From contig CP061211.1 of assembly GCA_026016245.1 (NCBI GenBank), forward strand, positions 420,001 to 452,000: a stretch of 32,000 nt of DNA, written 5' to 3'. Shown here piece by piece: positions 1-7,585 of this stretch (the stretch's first letter is position 1; each line of letters opens with the position of its first letter). The notes under the pieces are model-generated. The model was not told where the DNA came from. It saw only the letters and a list, made by a program, of their open reading frames with translations, and did not search any database. Made by a program: the position numbers and the translations under genes. The DNA comes from Candidatus Pacearchaeota archaeon (GTDB taxonomy: Archaea > Nanobdellota > Nanobdellia > Pacearchaeales > UBA284).

Positions 1-212
1 ATACTAGCTAAAATCCTTGCTTCATGAATTCTTGATTTCCATAACTTTAGTGCTAGTTCATGATTTTTACCTATCTTTTTACCAAGGTTTCTAATATTTG
101 GCATTGAGATTCCAAGCATAGTTTCTCCTTTAATCCCAAATTGCTTCATACCTTCTATATTTTTTGGATTTCTAAATTTCTTTAATTCTTTAATAATTTG
201 TTCATATTTCAT
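1..212 (-). CDS. DNA alkylation repair protein (AlkD/AlkC-like HEAT-repeat family), N-terminal part, runs off window edge
   Basis: Absent from the ORF track because it is open at the window edge. My minus-strand translation from the ATG at 212..210 is MKYEQIIKELKKFRNPKNIEGMKQFGIKGETMLGISMPNIRNLGKKIGKNHELALKLWKSRIHEARILAS. This fits the N-terminal pattern I recall for the DNA_alkylation family (NP..a..M..Fgi....lGi.mP.iR.l.k.ig..heLA..LW.s..hEaRilA). Confidence 0.55.
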   Translation of the reverse strand, partial: MKYEQIIKELKKFRNPKNIEGMKQFGIKGETMLGISMPNIRNLGKKIGKNHELALKLWKSRIHEARILAS

Positions 213-218
213 TTGAAA

Positions 219-290
219 TGCCCCCACGCGGACTCGAACCGCGATCACCGGCTCCGCAAGCCAGCAGTCTATCCATTAACCTATAGGGGC
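219..290 (-). tRNA. tRNA-Arg (anticodon GCG)
   Basis: Reverse complement is GCCCCTATAGGTTAATGGATAGACTGCTGGCTTGCGGAGCCGGTGATCGCGGTTCGAGTCCGCGTGGGGGCA. It folds as a cloverleaf with acceptor GCCCCTA/TGGGGGC, anticodon stem CTGGC/GCCGG, loop TTGCGGA and T-arm CGCGG-TTCGAGT-CCGCG. No CCA is encoded. Confidence 0.85.
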
Positions 291-372
291 CAAAATAAAA
301 AAGAAGAGAGAATTAAAAAAGCTTTGGACTTTTGTAATTTTCTGAAAAGAAAAATTAGAGGGGATAACTGAG

Positions 373-1509
373 TTATATAGCTTCCAAGGATGCTTCACAG
401 ATTTTTATATATTTATTCATGATTTTATCCCAATGTAAATAGCTTTTTATTTGTTCTCTAGTTCCTTCTTTTATTTTTAAACTAGTGGTTTCTATAATTT
501 TGTTTAAAACTTTTTCTGCTGAACTGAAATCCTCTAATACCAAATTTGTTAGCCCAAGATCTCTAAATATTTCTGATACCCCCATATTTTCACTAACCAA
601 TGCAGGAGTTCCTGTTGCAATAGCTTCCAGAGACACATTGCCATATGTTTCAAAGTGAGAAGGACATACTATTACTGTCATTTTCATGAAAAATTGCCTT
701 AATTTATAAGTACTCATCTCTGGGACTATCTCTATATCTCTATCTTCTAATTTCTTTCTTATTTCTTTATCTTTTTTTATTTCTGACACTGCTAAAATAT
801 GATAGTTACTGCTCTTTTTATCTAATGCTCTTGCTAAGGATATAAGAAATTCTATATTTTTTATTGGATGGGCTCTGCCTACAAATCCTATTGAATTCTT
901 TTTTTTAGTAATACATTCCTCTTTGAAAAATTCTGGGGCTACACCATTGGGGATGACTATAGAATTCTTGATTTTCCTTCTGAATATTTTTTCTATTTCT
1001 CTCTTAGTAAGTTTTGAAGGGAAAACATAGAAATTATTTGGCCTATCAAAATCCAGTTCTATCTGTTTAAACAGGTGTAATAGGGGGGCTGGAGTACCCG
1101 CCTCTTCTTTTGTTAAAATTCCTGCATAATTAACTATTGTTGGTTTATTAAGGTTTTTTGATGCTTTATATATCATCCAAGGAGCATAGAATGTTCCTTC
1201 AGACAATACCACATCTATTCTTTCATCTTTCATTATTTCTTGAATTTCTTTTATAGTAGGTTTAAGTCTTCTTTCCAAATCATTAATATCCCTAAGTCCC
1301 CTATAAATATCCATCGAACAATTTACTCCTTTTCCGACAGTAAGGTGATAAATCTTCACAGAGCCTCTTTCTTCTATTTTAGGTTTTTCTTTTGTTATGC
1401 CTATGACTACTAATGGGATTCCTTTTTCTTCACAATAGCGAATCATTTCATTAGCTCTTCTCGCTATCCCCCCTCCAGAATGTAAATTTGTGTTTGTTAA
1501 GATTCTCAT
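373..1509 (-). CDS. Glycosyltransferase, GT-B fold (family 4/group 1-like)
   Basis: The N-terminus MRILTNTNLHSGGGIARR is typical of GT4. The C-terminal region HFETYGNVSLEAIATGTPALVSE matches the EX7E motif. I prefer the ATG at 1509 to the TTG at 1524 used by the ORF track. Confidence 0.75.
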   Translation of the reverse strand: MRILTNTNLHSGGGIARRANEMIRYCEEKGIPLVVIGITKEKPKIEERGSVKIYHLTVGKGVNCSMDIYRGLRDINDLERRLKPTIKEIQEIMKDERIDVVLSEGTFYAPWMIYKASKNLNKPTIVNYAGILTKEEAGTPAPLLHLFKQIELDFDRPNNFYVFPSKLTKREIEKIFRRKIKNSIVIPNGVAPEFFKEECITKKKNSIGFVGRAHPIKNIEFLISLARALDKKSSNYHILAVSEIKKDKEIRKKLEDRDIEIVPEMSTYKLRQFFMKMTVIVCPSHFETYGNVSLEAIATGTPALVSENMGVSEIFRDLGLTNLVLEDFSSAEKVLNKIIETTSLKIKEGTREQIKSYLHWDKIMNKYIKICEASLEAI

Positions 1510-1623
1510 GTTATTATTGACCAAAAAACCTGTGGAGTATCAAAAAGGTAATTCTTTAAAAATTTTTCCTAAAAAACATGGCTTTGCTACCACCTGGGAA
1601 CAAAATTAAACAAATTCAAATAA

Positions 1624-3936
1624 CTAAACCAAAGTTTCTTGTTTTTCAGTCTCAATTATTGCTTCTCCATACTGGCCATCAAAACCTGGTTTTACTTTAA
1701 TTTTCTCCCCTCTATTTTTCAAGATAGCAGATGCAATTTTATCTGTTGTTATCTTTCTTAAATCTTCTACTGGAACATTTAGAAGAATATTATATTCGTC
1801 TTTGAATTTATCTATCAATTTATTATATTCAGCCCATACTTTTTTAGTTGACATTGCTGAATTAAGTAGCTTAGAGAGAATTTCATGTAAAGGTAATAAG
1901 GTATAGAACTTTACAGCTTCTTTTGGTTTGTATCCTTTTTTTCTGTCTGCCAGCTCTTCAACTCTATGTTCTACACCTATTGTTAATGGCTTCTTACATA
2001 TTGGACAGATATTATGGTATTTTTCTATAGCCTCTTTTGGTGAGCATGAAAAGTTGCAAGTCCTGTGTCCATCAAAATGATATTTACCATAAGCAGGATT
2101 AACTTCAATTGTTCCTTTATAACCTTCTTTTGTTCTTATTGCTTTGATAATGTTTTTATATGTTAGTTTAGGCAGATCAAAAATAGTTGCTTCTCTTCCT
2201 AAACGCCATGGCCAGAATGAGTGTAGGTCTGAAAAAGAGGTTATTGTGTATTTATCTAATATACTAAGTCGCCAATTCATTTCAGGGTCAGAATTTCCAC
2301 ACCAAACAGGGATCCCATTCCTTCTAATATAAATGATATGATTTGGAACCTCAAGACAGTACACAAAACCATCATAATTAACCCACGATTCTTTATAGTT
2401 ATATTTTTTGACAATTGAAGGTAGAACTGTATGGGTATTCTTCCTGATAAAGTAGATCACCCACGAATCTTCTGATTGTCTATAGCTTTTTAGTTTAGCA
2501 TGTGGTAACGAAGTAATTGGCGTGCCTTTTTTAAGATGTAATTTATAATATGCAGAAATACCCATTTTCAAAGCAATTTCTTGAAGATCATCTCGTAGCC
2601 TAGTAGAAATAGTAGTTGCAGATAAACCTTTTCTATTTCTTCCATAAATATGACCATCCCCTTTAATGTAATACTCAAAAAAGATTTCTAAAAGTTCTTT
2701 TGATAAAGATTTTATTTCTAGAGGGATAAATTTATTATAGCTTTTTCCAAATTGCTTAAGATAATGAAATAATTGATAATCTCTTACCCTAATCACATTA
2801 TTTCCCTGGTAAATACTATAACCAAAGCTTTCGAGAATTTTCTTCATTTCAAAAAGTAAATCTGTATTTGAGTTAGCTAAACAAACATTATAATCCCCAT
2901 TTTTGCCTTTAGTCGTCCATCCCTCTGCCATCCAAAATCCAAAGAATTTTAACCAAGGTTTTATGGGAATGTGCTTTTCTTTTTTAACTCGAAATCCTTT
3001 GTAATGACGACTTCCATGTTTTATTTTAACAGTTGGTAATGTGAAATATTTTATATTTTTGCCAATCCAGATACCATCTTTTTTAAATCTCTTTGATTTG
3101 TTGAATAAAAATTCTGCTTCTTTAAGAAAAAAATTAGGGGGTTTACGAAAATCACACTTGCTAATCAAAAGTTTATGATTAGGAGTAACTAATAAATCTA
3201 CCCTTTTAGTTTTTAATCTATACATCTTTCCTTTATGTTTATAAGTAAATATTTTTCGTGGTTTCTGAAATTCAATTTTATTATTTTTAATATTTAATGT
3301 GCAAATTTTGTTAGTTTTTTTTACTTGAGGAAATTTTTTCCAACCATTATTAGTTAAAACTTCTGTTTTTTCATCATAACAAGACAGACCTGTTTCAAGA
3401 GCATATATATGTTTGACTTGATCTTCAAATGCCTCTTCAAAACTATCAAAACCTGATTTACTGCCTAAGACGCCAAACCAGGGTGTCCAAATATGTGCTG
3501 GTATAACTTCTATATCTTGTGATATGGATTTTAATGCTTCTGTAACTTCAGGTAAAGGCATTCCAAAAATAGGTCTGCCATCATAGTCTAAACGGCCTTT
3601 TTTTCCTAGATAACTATTGATTTGTTCTACTATTTCAAGATTTGGGGCTAAGATGACGATATGAACTCTCCTTCCTTTATTTCCTTGAGTGTACATTAAT
3701 GAAATTTCTGTTTGCAGAATGAAAGGAAAGCCATTTGCTGTTTTTAAGATTCCTGTATCTTGCTCTTCTAAATATTGCTTTATCTCCTGAAGCCATAAAG
3801 GATGTGTAAAATCACTTGTTCCTAGCAAGTTAACACCTTTAATTTTTGCCCATTTTTCTAGGTTGGGAATACTAAGCTCATGACTTGTTGCTCTTGAGAA
3901 TCTGCTATGTATGTGTAAATCAGCTATAGTTTGCAT
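1624..3936 (-). CDS. endoQ: Endonuclease Q (PHP-domain, TIGR00375-like) carrying an in-frame intein
   Basis: The N-extein carries ADLHIHSRFSRATS (PHP motif I), IVILAPN, PAHIWTPWFG and ALETGLS. The C-extein carries SDPEMNWRLS, SFSDLHS and a Cys-rich zinc finger, CNFSC..(12)..CPICKK..GVEHRVEELADR. The exteins sum to 407 aa, the size expected for EndoQ. Confidence 0.8.
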   Translation of the reverse strand: MQTIADLHIHSRFSRATSHELSIPNLEKWAKIKGVNLLGTSDFTHPLWLQEIKQYLEEQDTGILKTANGFPFILQTEISLMYTQGNKGRRVHIVILAPNLEIVEQINSYLGKKGRLDYDGRPIFGMPLPEVTEALKSISQDIEVIPAHIWTPWFGVLGSKSGFDSFEEAFEDQVKHIYALETGLSCYDEKTEVLTNNGWKKFPQVKKTNKICTLNIKNNKIEFQKPRKIFTYKHKGKMYRLKTKRVDLLVTPNHKLLISKCDFRKPPNFFLKEAEFLFNKSKRFKKDGIWIGKNIKYFTLPTVKIKHGSRHYKGFRVKKEKHIPIKPWLKFFGFWMAEGWTTKGKNGDYNVCLANSNTDLLFEMKKILESFGYSIYQGNNVIRVRDYQLFHYLKQFGKSYNKFIPLEIKSLSKELLEIFFEYYIKGDGHIYGRNRKGLSATTISTRLRDDLQEIALKMGISAYYKLHLKKGTPITSLPHAKLKSYRQSEDSWVIYFIRKNTHTVLPSIVKKYNYKESWVNYDGFVYCLEVPNHIIYIRRNGIPVWCGNSDPEMNWRLSILDKYTITSFSDLHSFWPWRLGREATIFDLPKLTYKNIIKAIRTKEGYKGTIEVNPAYGKYHFDGHRTCNFSCSPKEAIEKYHNICPICKKPLTIGVEHRVEELADRKKGYKPKEAVKFYTLLPLHEILSKLLNSAMSTKKVWAEYNKLIDKFKDEYNILLNVPVEDLRKITTDKIASAILKNRGEKIKVKPGFDGQYGEAIIETEKQETLV
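2293..3381 (-). mobile_element. Intein with LAGLIDADG homing-endonuclease domain (residues 186-548 of the EndoQ ORF, 363 aa)
   Basis: Block A is Cys1 (CYDEKTEVLTNNGW). Block B is LLVTPNHKLL (TxxH). The two LAGLIDADG motifs are LKFFGFWMAEGWT and LEIFFEYYIKGDGHI. Blocks F/G are DGFVYCLEVPNHIIYIRRNGIPVWCGN, followed by a +1 Ser. I checked the boundary codons in the sequence: aca at 3379-3381 encodes Cys, att at 2293-2295 encodes Asn, and aga at 2290-2292 encodes the +1 Ser. Confidence 0.8.
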
Positions 3937-3965
3937 TTTATAGGAAAGTAAAAAAGATTTTTATA

Positions 3966-3976
3966 TGTTTATATAC
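3966..3976 (+). promoter_or_regulatory. Candidate TATA box for tRNA-Ser, in a divergent promoter region shared with endoQ
   Basis: The A/T tract gatttttatatgtttatatactc ends about 15-25 nt upstream of the tRNA 5' end at 3989. This spacing is compatible with an archaeal TATA box at about -26. Confidence 0.3.
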
Positions 3977-3988
3977 TCTTTTGGATAT

Positions 3989-4070
3989 GCCGGGATGGCC
4001 CAATGGTAAGGCGCAGCCCTGGAAAGGCTGTTTCCGTAAGGATATCTGGGTTCGAATCCCAGTCCCGGCG
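3989..4070 (+). tRNA. tRNA-Ser (anticodon GGA), long variable arm
   Basis: Sequence is GCCGGGATGGCCCAATGGTAAGGCGCAGCCCTGGAAAGGCTGTTTCCGTAAGGATATCTGGGTTCGAATCCCAGTCCCGGCG. Acceptor is GCCGGGA/TCCCGGC, anticodon stem CAGCC/GGCTG, loop CTGGAAA. A long extra arm precedes the T-arm TGGG-TTCGAAT-CCCA. Confidence 0.9.
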
Positions 4071-4083
4071 CTTCCCAAGAAAA

Positions 4084-4710
4084 ATGAAATATAAAGAGCT
4101 AAAAACACTAAACCAAATTATTCTTTCTACTAGAGAACCAGGAGAACGCCAGACTTTATCTCCAGTAGTGAATATACTACTTCCAACACAAAGATACTTA
4201 ATTATTAGTTCTGATCCATCTTCAGATACCGACAAAACTAAAGATCCTCTAGAGAAACATTCAGGATTTGAAGCAAGAATACTGGCCCTCATGTTTTATG
4301 GTTCAGATGATGCACAAACTGTAGTCAAAATTAGACCCCACTACAAAGAATATAAGGAACTATTTTTTAAGAATTTTTACTGGACTCATTTTTCTAAAAT
4401 CTATGCTAGAGGAAAACCTAATTCTTTCTGGGCCGACAAGTTTTTGATTAAGGAAGTTAAGTTATTTGAGCCTGAATGCATAATAGTATTCGGCAGTATT
4501 GTGACAGATTTCCTTTTTGGAAGGGGAAAATTCATTGATAGAATAAACAAGGTTCTTTTGTGGAATAATATCCCAACAATTTGTTGTCTTCATCCTTCAA
4601 AAGACTGGAATATTCGTCGTCGTAATGAATATAGTTTTTATGCAACTTGGAAATTGATAAGACAAAAATGTAAGTTCTACCATAAAGAGGAAGTTGAAAA
4701 ATTAAAATAG
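4084..4710 (+). CDS. Uracil-DNA glycosylase superfamily-like protein with a divergent motif A
   Basis: The ORF-track start at 4003 overlaps tRNA-Ser, so I use the ATG at 4084 (MKYKELKTLN). The layout is UDG-like: RYLIISSDPSSD sits where family-4 enzymes have the GEAPG motif, and PTICCLHPSKDW resembles the HPS motif B. Confidence 0.45.
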   Translation: MKYKELKTLNQIILSTREPGERQTLSPVVNILLPTQRYLIISSDPSSDTDKTKDPLEKHSGFEARILALMFYGSDDAQTVVKIRPHYKEYKELFFKNFYWTHFSKIYARGKPNSFWADKFLIKEVKLFEPECIIVFGSIVTDFLFGRGKFIDRINKVLLWNNIPTICCLHPSKDWNIRRRNEYSFYATWKLIRQKCKFYHKEEVEKLK

Positions 4711-4732
4711 ATAGCTCGAGGGCTCGCTTAGG
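4711..4732 (+). repeat. Dispersed repeat copy A (ataGCTCGAGGGCTCGCTTAGG)
   Basis: Exact 19-mer shared with copy C (8995-9013). It lies immediately after the stop of the CDS at 4084..4710 and 49 nt upstream of the CDS starting at 4781. Confidence 0.8.
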
Positions 4733-4780
4733 ATAACTTTTTATAATAACAATTTTTTAGATAAATAAGGTTAGGGGAAA

Positions 4781-5395
4781 ATGATAAAAAATATTGAATT
4801 TATCTGCTCTGGTAATAAAGATAGAAGCCCAACAGCACAAGGCTATGCAGAATTAGTGCTATCAAAAAATAGAATTTATGAAGTAAAGATAATTTCTAGT
4901 GGGACACAGGTTGATATAGCGAAAAAGTTTGATGAGTTTGATGAATTAGATGATCTCAACTTAAGAGAATTTGTCTTGCCTTATATTCCTACTGCATCTA
5001 ATAATGGATTTATTTCAGAAGAAGAAGCAGAAAAAATAAAAGAAGGTATTGAAATAAGGCCAATCATAAAAAGAATTGTGGGGATTTTTTTAAAAAAGAG
5101 TGAAGAATATAGAAAAAAAATAGTAGAAGAAAAAAGTTATTTAGCACCTTATTTAATTAATCATTCACCAAATCAAACAATAGTCAGACCACAAACAGAA
5201 TTAATTCTTCCTATATCAAAAGGAAATTTAGAAAGAACAATCAAGATTTATGAGAACACAAACAAAAAACCATGGATAGAATTATTAGCAGATATTTCTG
5301 ATCCTTTTCCTTCAGATTATGGAATGTATAAGAACACCCTAGAAAGAGTAGAATCAGCTGTCTTAAATAAGTTAAAAGAAATTTATGAATTTTGA
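4781..5395 (+). CDS. Low-molecular-weight phosphotyrosine phosphatase / ArsC-fold P-loop protein
   Basis: N-terminal IEFICSGNKDRSPTAQGYAE contains the CX5R(S/T) P-loop. A C-terminal DP motif is present (ADISDPFPSDYG). At 204 aa it is longer than typical family members, with an acidic insertion. Confidence 0.55.
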   Translation: MIKNIEFICSGNKDRSPTAQGYAELVLSKNRIYEVKIISSGTQVDIAKKFDEFDELDDLNLREFVLPYIPTASNNGFISEEEAEKIKEGIEIRPIIKRIVGIFLKKSEEYRKKIVEEKSYLAPYLINHSPNQTIVRPQTELILPISKGNLERTIKIYENTNKKPWIELLADISDPFPSDYGMYKNTLERVESAVLNKLKEIYEF

Positions 5396-6625
5396 TAAAA
5401 TGGATTTAGAGCAAATCAAAAGAGCACAGTTCGCAGCAAGAGAACCAGATGTCCCTTTATTTTGGCAGACGTTATCTACATATGCTAAAGGAGATTATCT
5501 TATGTTGGCGAAGCCACCCCTTTCAGAAGTCTATTATTTAAATAGTAGTGGGAATATTGAATCAGAAATAGGTTACAATACTTTCCGGAAAGTAGAAAAT
5601 GTAAAAGAAATAATTTTGAAATACAGCTCATTTTTAGATAGATTGGAAGATTTCTCAAAACGATTAAAAAAAGAGAATATAAGGGGTATAGAAGATGAAG
5701 AAATAAAGAAACTTTTCTATGAGATAATAGAGTTTTTATCTGAAGTGATGGAGATTTATAAATACACGGAAGCTGCACGATTTGAGAAGATTGAGAAACA
5801 TATTTATAATTTTTTAGATAAAAAAATAGAAGATAAAAATAAGGTTAAAGAAATTCTTCTTAAATTAATTTCTAATGAAAAGACTACTGGAGTTATGAAT
5901 GAAGAAAAATCAAATCTTTTGAGGGTGTTTGGAGCAGATGATGAAATCTATAATTTTGTTTTTGCTGTTTCTAAGCTGTCCTATCTTAGATTTAAATTAA
6001 AAGAAAATCTGATGAAAGTTGTTCAAGAAGATATTTATCCGATACTTCAAGAAATAGGGACAAGATTTAAAATAACACTAGAAGAGATGTTTATAACTAA
6101 AATTGATGAATTTGAAAAAATTTTAGATGGAAAAACTAAACCATTAGAGGAAATATATAAAAAAAGAATGAAAGGATATGCATTTCTCCAACTGAATGGA
6201 AAAAGAGAAGTTATTGAAGGAACTGAATTTGAAAGATTAGATGAGCACATTCATAATTTAACTATTAAAAAGGAGATAACTGAGATTAAGGGCCAAACAG
6301 CTATGAAAGGAAAAATTATTGGGAAAGTCAGAAAAATAATGGATTACGAAAGAGAAATGAAAAATTTTATAGAGCGATTTAAAAAAGGAGATATTATAGT
6401 TACTGGAATGACTCAACAAACATAACCGTTCTTACTGGGAAGGCTGGTGCGATAGTAACTGATGAAGGAGGCATAATCTGTCATGCAGCGATTATCTCTA
6501 GAGAATTTGGAGTTCCTTGTATTATTGGTACAAAAATTGCTACAAAAGTTTTAAAAGAAGGCGAATTAGTGGAAGTTGACGCTGATAATGGAGTAATAAA
6601 AAGATTAGAAAATAATATCAAGTAA
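5385..6625 (+). pseudogene. PEP-utilizing-enzyme mobile (swivel phosphohistidine) domain protein, interrupted by a frameshift near 6414-6425
   Basis: Frame A (5385..6425) ends ...[15 protein letters not shown]. The -1 frame continues without a start codon as [68 protein letters not shown], with its stop at 6623-6625. This is the canonical PEP-utilizer swivel domain (..VT..T.P.....[11 protein letters not shown]..sHaAIvaREfGiP.v.G..). Adding one A to the run at 6418-6420 restores a single ORF of about 413 aa. Confidence 0.75.
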
Positions 6626-6642
6626 AAAGATAAAAATAAATA

Positions 6643-6670
6643 ACTTGAGGGCTTGCTTAGGCTGGGTTTT
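6643..6670 (+). repeat. Dispersed repeat copy B (aCTTGAGGGCTTGCTTAGGCTGGGTTTT)
   Basis: A variant of copies A and C with two C-to-T changes. It shares the extension GG(C/T)TGGGTTTT with copy C. It overlaps the last 4 codons and the stop of the minus-strand gene at 6657..7250. Confidence 0.7.
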
Positions 6671-7250
6671 CTAAATATAAAGAATACCATTTAGCAAAAT
6701 TTCTGCCTGTAGCATTAGCTTCTAATGAAGTTTTAGTCCACATAACATATTCTTCATGTGTCATTTCTGCAAGAGTTTTATCATAATTTTCTGGGATAAA
6801 TATTAAGCCTATTTCAGACCATAAATGTTCTTGCATTTTCCCTCTTATCTTCTCAGCAAGTATTCCTTTAATATGACTAATAAAATATTTCGGATTTTTA
6901 AGACTCTTATCAATATATGCAAGGCATTCTCTAAATTCACAATTTCTTTTTTTATTTTCAACTAATTTTAAGATTCCTTCAAGACCTATTGTCTCTAGAG
7001 CAAAGTTAGCAAAAGCCTTTGGAAAACCATTTAATGAAGGAATATAAAAACCAGCATCTAAAGCTACAACTGGTTTCTTAAGTTCATTATAGGCAAATAA
7101 TACTTTTTCTTTTGCAATCTTAACAACATCATCAGACCTAGGTTCATGAATCTCTAATGGGGCTTGAAGAACTTTTACATTATATTTTTCTAATTCTCTC
7201 TGCAAAGATTGTATTTTGCCTTGATTTTTAGTAGCATAGAATAATTCCAT
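6657..7250 (-). CDS. HAM1/RdgB-family non-canonical purine NTP pyrophosphatase (ITPase)-like protein
   Basis: MELFYATKNQGKIQSL matches the ATgN.gK motif. VVALDAGFYIPSLNGFPKAF matches the DDSGL.vdaLnG.PG region. IFIPENYDKTLAEMTHEEY matches F.p.gy.kTfAEm..eeK. Confidence 0.6.
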   Translation of the reverse strand: MELFYATKNQGKIQSLQRELEKYNVKVLQAPLEIHEPRSDDVVKIAKEKVLFAYNELKKPVVALDAGFYIPSLNGFPKAFANFALETIGLEGILKLVENKKRNCEFRECLAYIDKSLKNPKYFISHIKGILAEKIRGKMQEHLWSEIGLIFIPENYDKTLAEMTHEEYVMWTKTSLEANATGRNFAKWYSLYLENPA

Positions 7251-7348
7251 TTCAATGTCAGCTTTTTATTGTTAATAAAGACTATTATAGTAAAATATTA
7301 GAACACAAAAATATATAAATTCCTGTACATTTTAATAAAAAAGTTAAA

Positions 7349-7537
7349 ATGTCACACAATATGTATAGATTAACACCAGATGGACATTATAAAAAGGTAG
7401 ATATAACAGAAGAGATGAAGTTACTAAAACGAGCAGGAAAGAATATGGAAAATGCAAGAAAGGAAGGATATCTAGAGAAACTTAAAATAAGAACAGAGGT
7501 TGTAAGAGGAATATTAAAAGTTTTTATGGCTCGATAA
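7349..7537 (+). CDS. Small hypothetical protein (62 aa)
   Basis: ORF only. It is basic and probably helical, and I recognise no family. Confidence 0.3.
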   Translation: MSHNMYRLTPDGHYKKVDITEEMKLLKRAGKNMENARKEGYLEKLKIRTEVVRGILKVFMAR

Positions 7538-7585
7538 TAAAAGAAATAATTTTAACATTTATAAGATATTTGGTTGGAGGTATTT

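Noticed and set aside
2144-2332. 62-aa plus-strand ORF inside the EndoQ/intein gene
   Set aside because: It is antisense to a strongly supported CDS at the intein/C-extein junction, and it is short with a non-descript sequence.
3969-4292. ORF 3969..4292 (minus strand) and the 5' part of ORF 4003..4710 (plus strand), both overlapping tRNA-Ser
   Set aside because: Both read through a well-formed tRNA-Ser gene. The plus-strand ORF has a sensible internal ATG at 4084, just downstream of the tRNA. The minus-strand ORF is antisense to that gene and has no recognisable features.
6423-6425. Stop-codon reassignment or readthrough as the explanation for the two interrupted genes (TAA at 6423 and at 9527-9529)
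   Set aside because: In both cases the homologous downstream sequence is in a different reading frame, so readthrough would not restore the protein. TAA, TAG and TGA all terminate well-conserved ribosomal protein genes at the expected positions in this window, which indicates the standard code.
6481-6690. 69-aa minus-strand ORF
   Set aside because: It is antisense to the clearly recognisable PEP-utilizer swivel-domain coding sequence (6410-6625, plus strand). It also overlaps the HAM1-like gene end.
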